Assembly (NCBI GenBank): GCA_964035545.1
Contig: OZ037766.1
Location: forward strand, 18,129,081 to 18,193,080
DNA from: Bugula neritina
Lineage: Eukaryota; Animalia; Bryozoa
Reading direction: 5' to 3'
Length of the DNA: 64,000 nucleotides
Position numbers and translations under genes: made by a program. A model generated the notes under the pieces. It saw nothing but the letters and a program-made list of their open reading frames with translations. It was not told where the DNA came from and searched no databases. Shown here piece by piece: positions 63,287 through 64,000 of this stretch; within the stretch, counting starts at the first letter, position 1, and every line of letters begins with the position of its first letter.

Positions 63287-64000
63287 AAACATACTGTAAC
63301 ATACTGAAATATACTGCAACATACTGAAATACACTGTAACATACAGAAATACACTGCAACATACTGCAACATACTGAAATACACTGTAACATATTGAAAT
63401 ACACTGCAACACATTGAAATATGCTGCAACATACGGAAATATATGGTAACCTACTGAAATATGTTGCAAACTACTGAAATACACTGTAACATACTGAAAT
63501 ACACTGCAACATACTGAAATATACTGTAACATACTGGAACATGCTGGAATATACTGTAACCCACTGAAATATGCTGCAAGATACTGAAACCTACTGAAAT
63601 ACACTGTAACATACTGAAGTACACTGCAACATGCTGCAACATACTGAAATACACTGTAACATATTGAAATACAATGCAACACATTGAAATAAGTTGCAAG
63701 ATACCGAAATATACTGCAACATCCTGAAAGACACTAAAACTCACTGAAGTATAGTGAAAACTCTGAAAATGCACTGTGGCATACTGAAATATACTGAAAC
63801 ACGCTGAAGTATACTGGAACATACTGAAATAAACTGTAACATACTGAGATATACTGCAAGATACTGAAATATACTACAACATACTGCAACATACTGAAAT
63901 ACACTGTAACATATTGAAATACACTGCAACACATTGAAATATGCTGCAACATACCGAAATATATACTAACCTACTGAAATATGTTGCAAACTACTGAAAC

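Larger units (their letters stand above)
1..64000 (+). repeat. Tandem satellite DNA array; 10-bp monomer AAYAYACTGN organised mainly as the 20-bp dimer AACATACTGA-AATAYACTGY; runs off both window ends
   Basis: Every 10-bp block is a variant of AACATACTGA, AATATACTGC or AATACACTGT (about 6,400 monomers). All units have the same orientation, and I saw no unique-sequence interruption. Confidence 0.99.

Noticed and set aside
204-63952. Hundreds of minus-strand ORFs of 62-287 aa (MLQYISVCCS-type)
   Set aside because: They overlap in all three frames with the same peptide, follow the 10-bp repeat rather than codon structure, and show no recognisable domain. They arise because the minus-strand consensus lacks stop codons.
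1-64000. Telomeric repeat, or a known 10-bp satellite such as Drosophila Prodsat (AATAACATAG)
   Set aside because: There are no G-runs or TTAGG(G)-type units, and the monomer sequence differs from Prodsat. I cannot assign a named family or organism.
1-64000. Embedded transposon, RNA gene or inversion
   Set aside because: I saw no stretch departing from the 10-bp monomer pattern or its orientation.

Overview
The whole 64-kb window is one uninterrupted, single-orientation tandem satellite array. I find no supportable gene, RNA gene, mobile element or CRISPR locus. The basic unit is a 10-bp monomer (consensus AAYAYACTGN), mostly arranged as a 20-bp dimer AACATACTGA-AATAYACTGY. A conserved derived 20-mer, AACTCACTGAAGTATAGTG(T/A), punctuates the array and defines a recurrent 140-bp module. 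On top of this sits a nested mosaic of near-identical kilobase-scale duplications: tandem periods of about 1550, 1660, 3866-3869, 4430 (2300+2130), 7549 and 9845 bp, and dispersed offsets of 11505, 17339, 25588 and 32230 bp. The 10-bp register is broken only nine times, all traceable to two ancestral deletions (1 bp, seven copies; 3 bp, two copies). The many minus-strand ORFs are artefacts of a stop-poor repeat strand. The architecture fits eukaryotic centromeric, pericentromeric or other heterochromatic satellite DNA. Organism and function cannot be established from this sequence alone. Block boundaries were read by eye and are approximate (about +/-20 bp).
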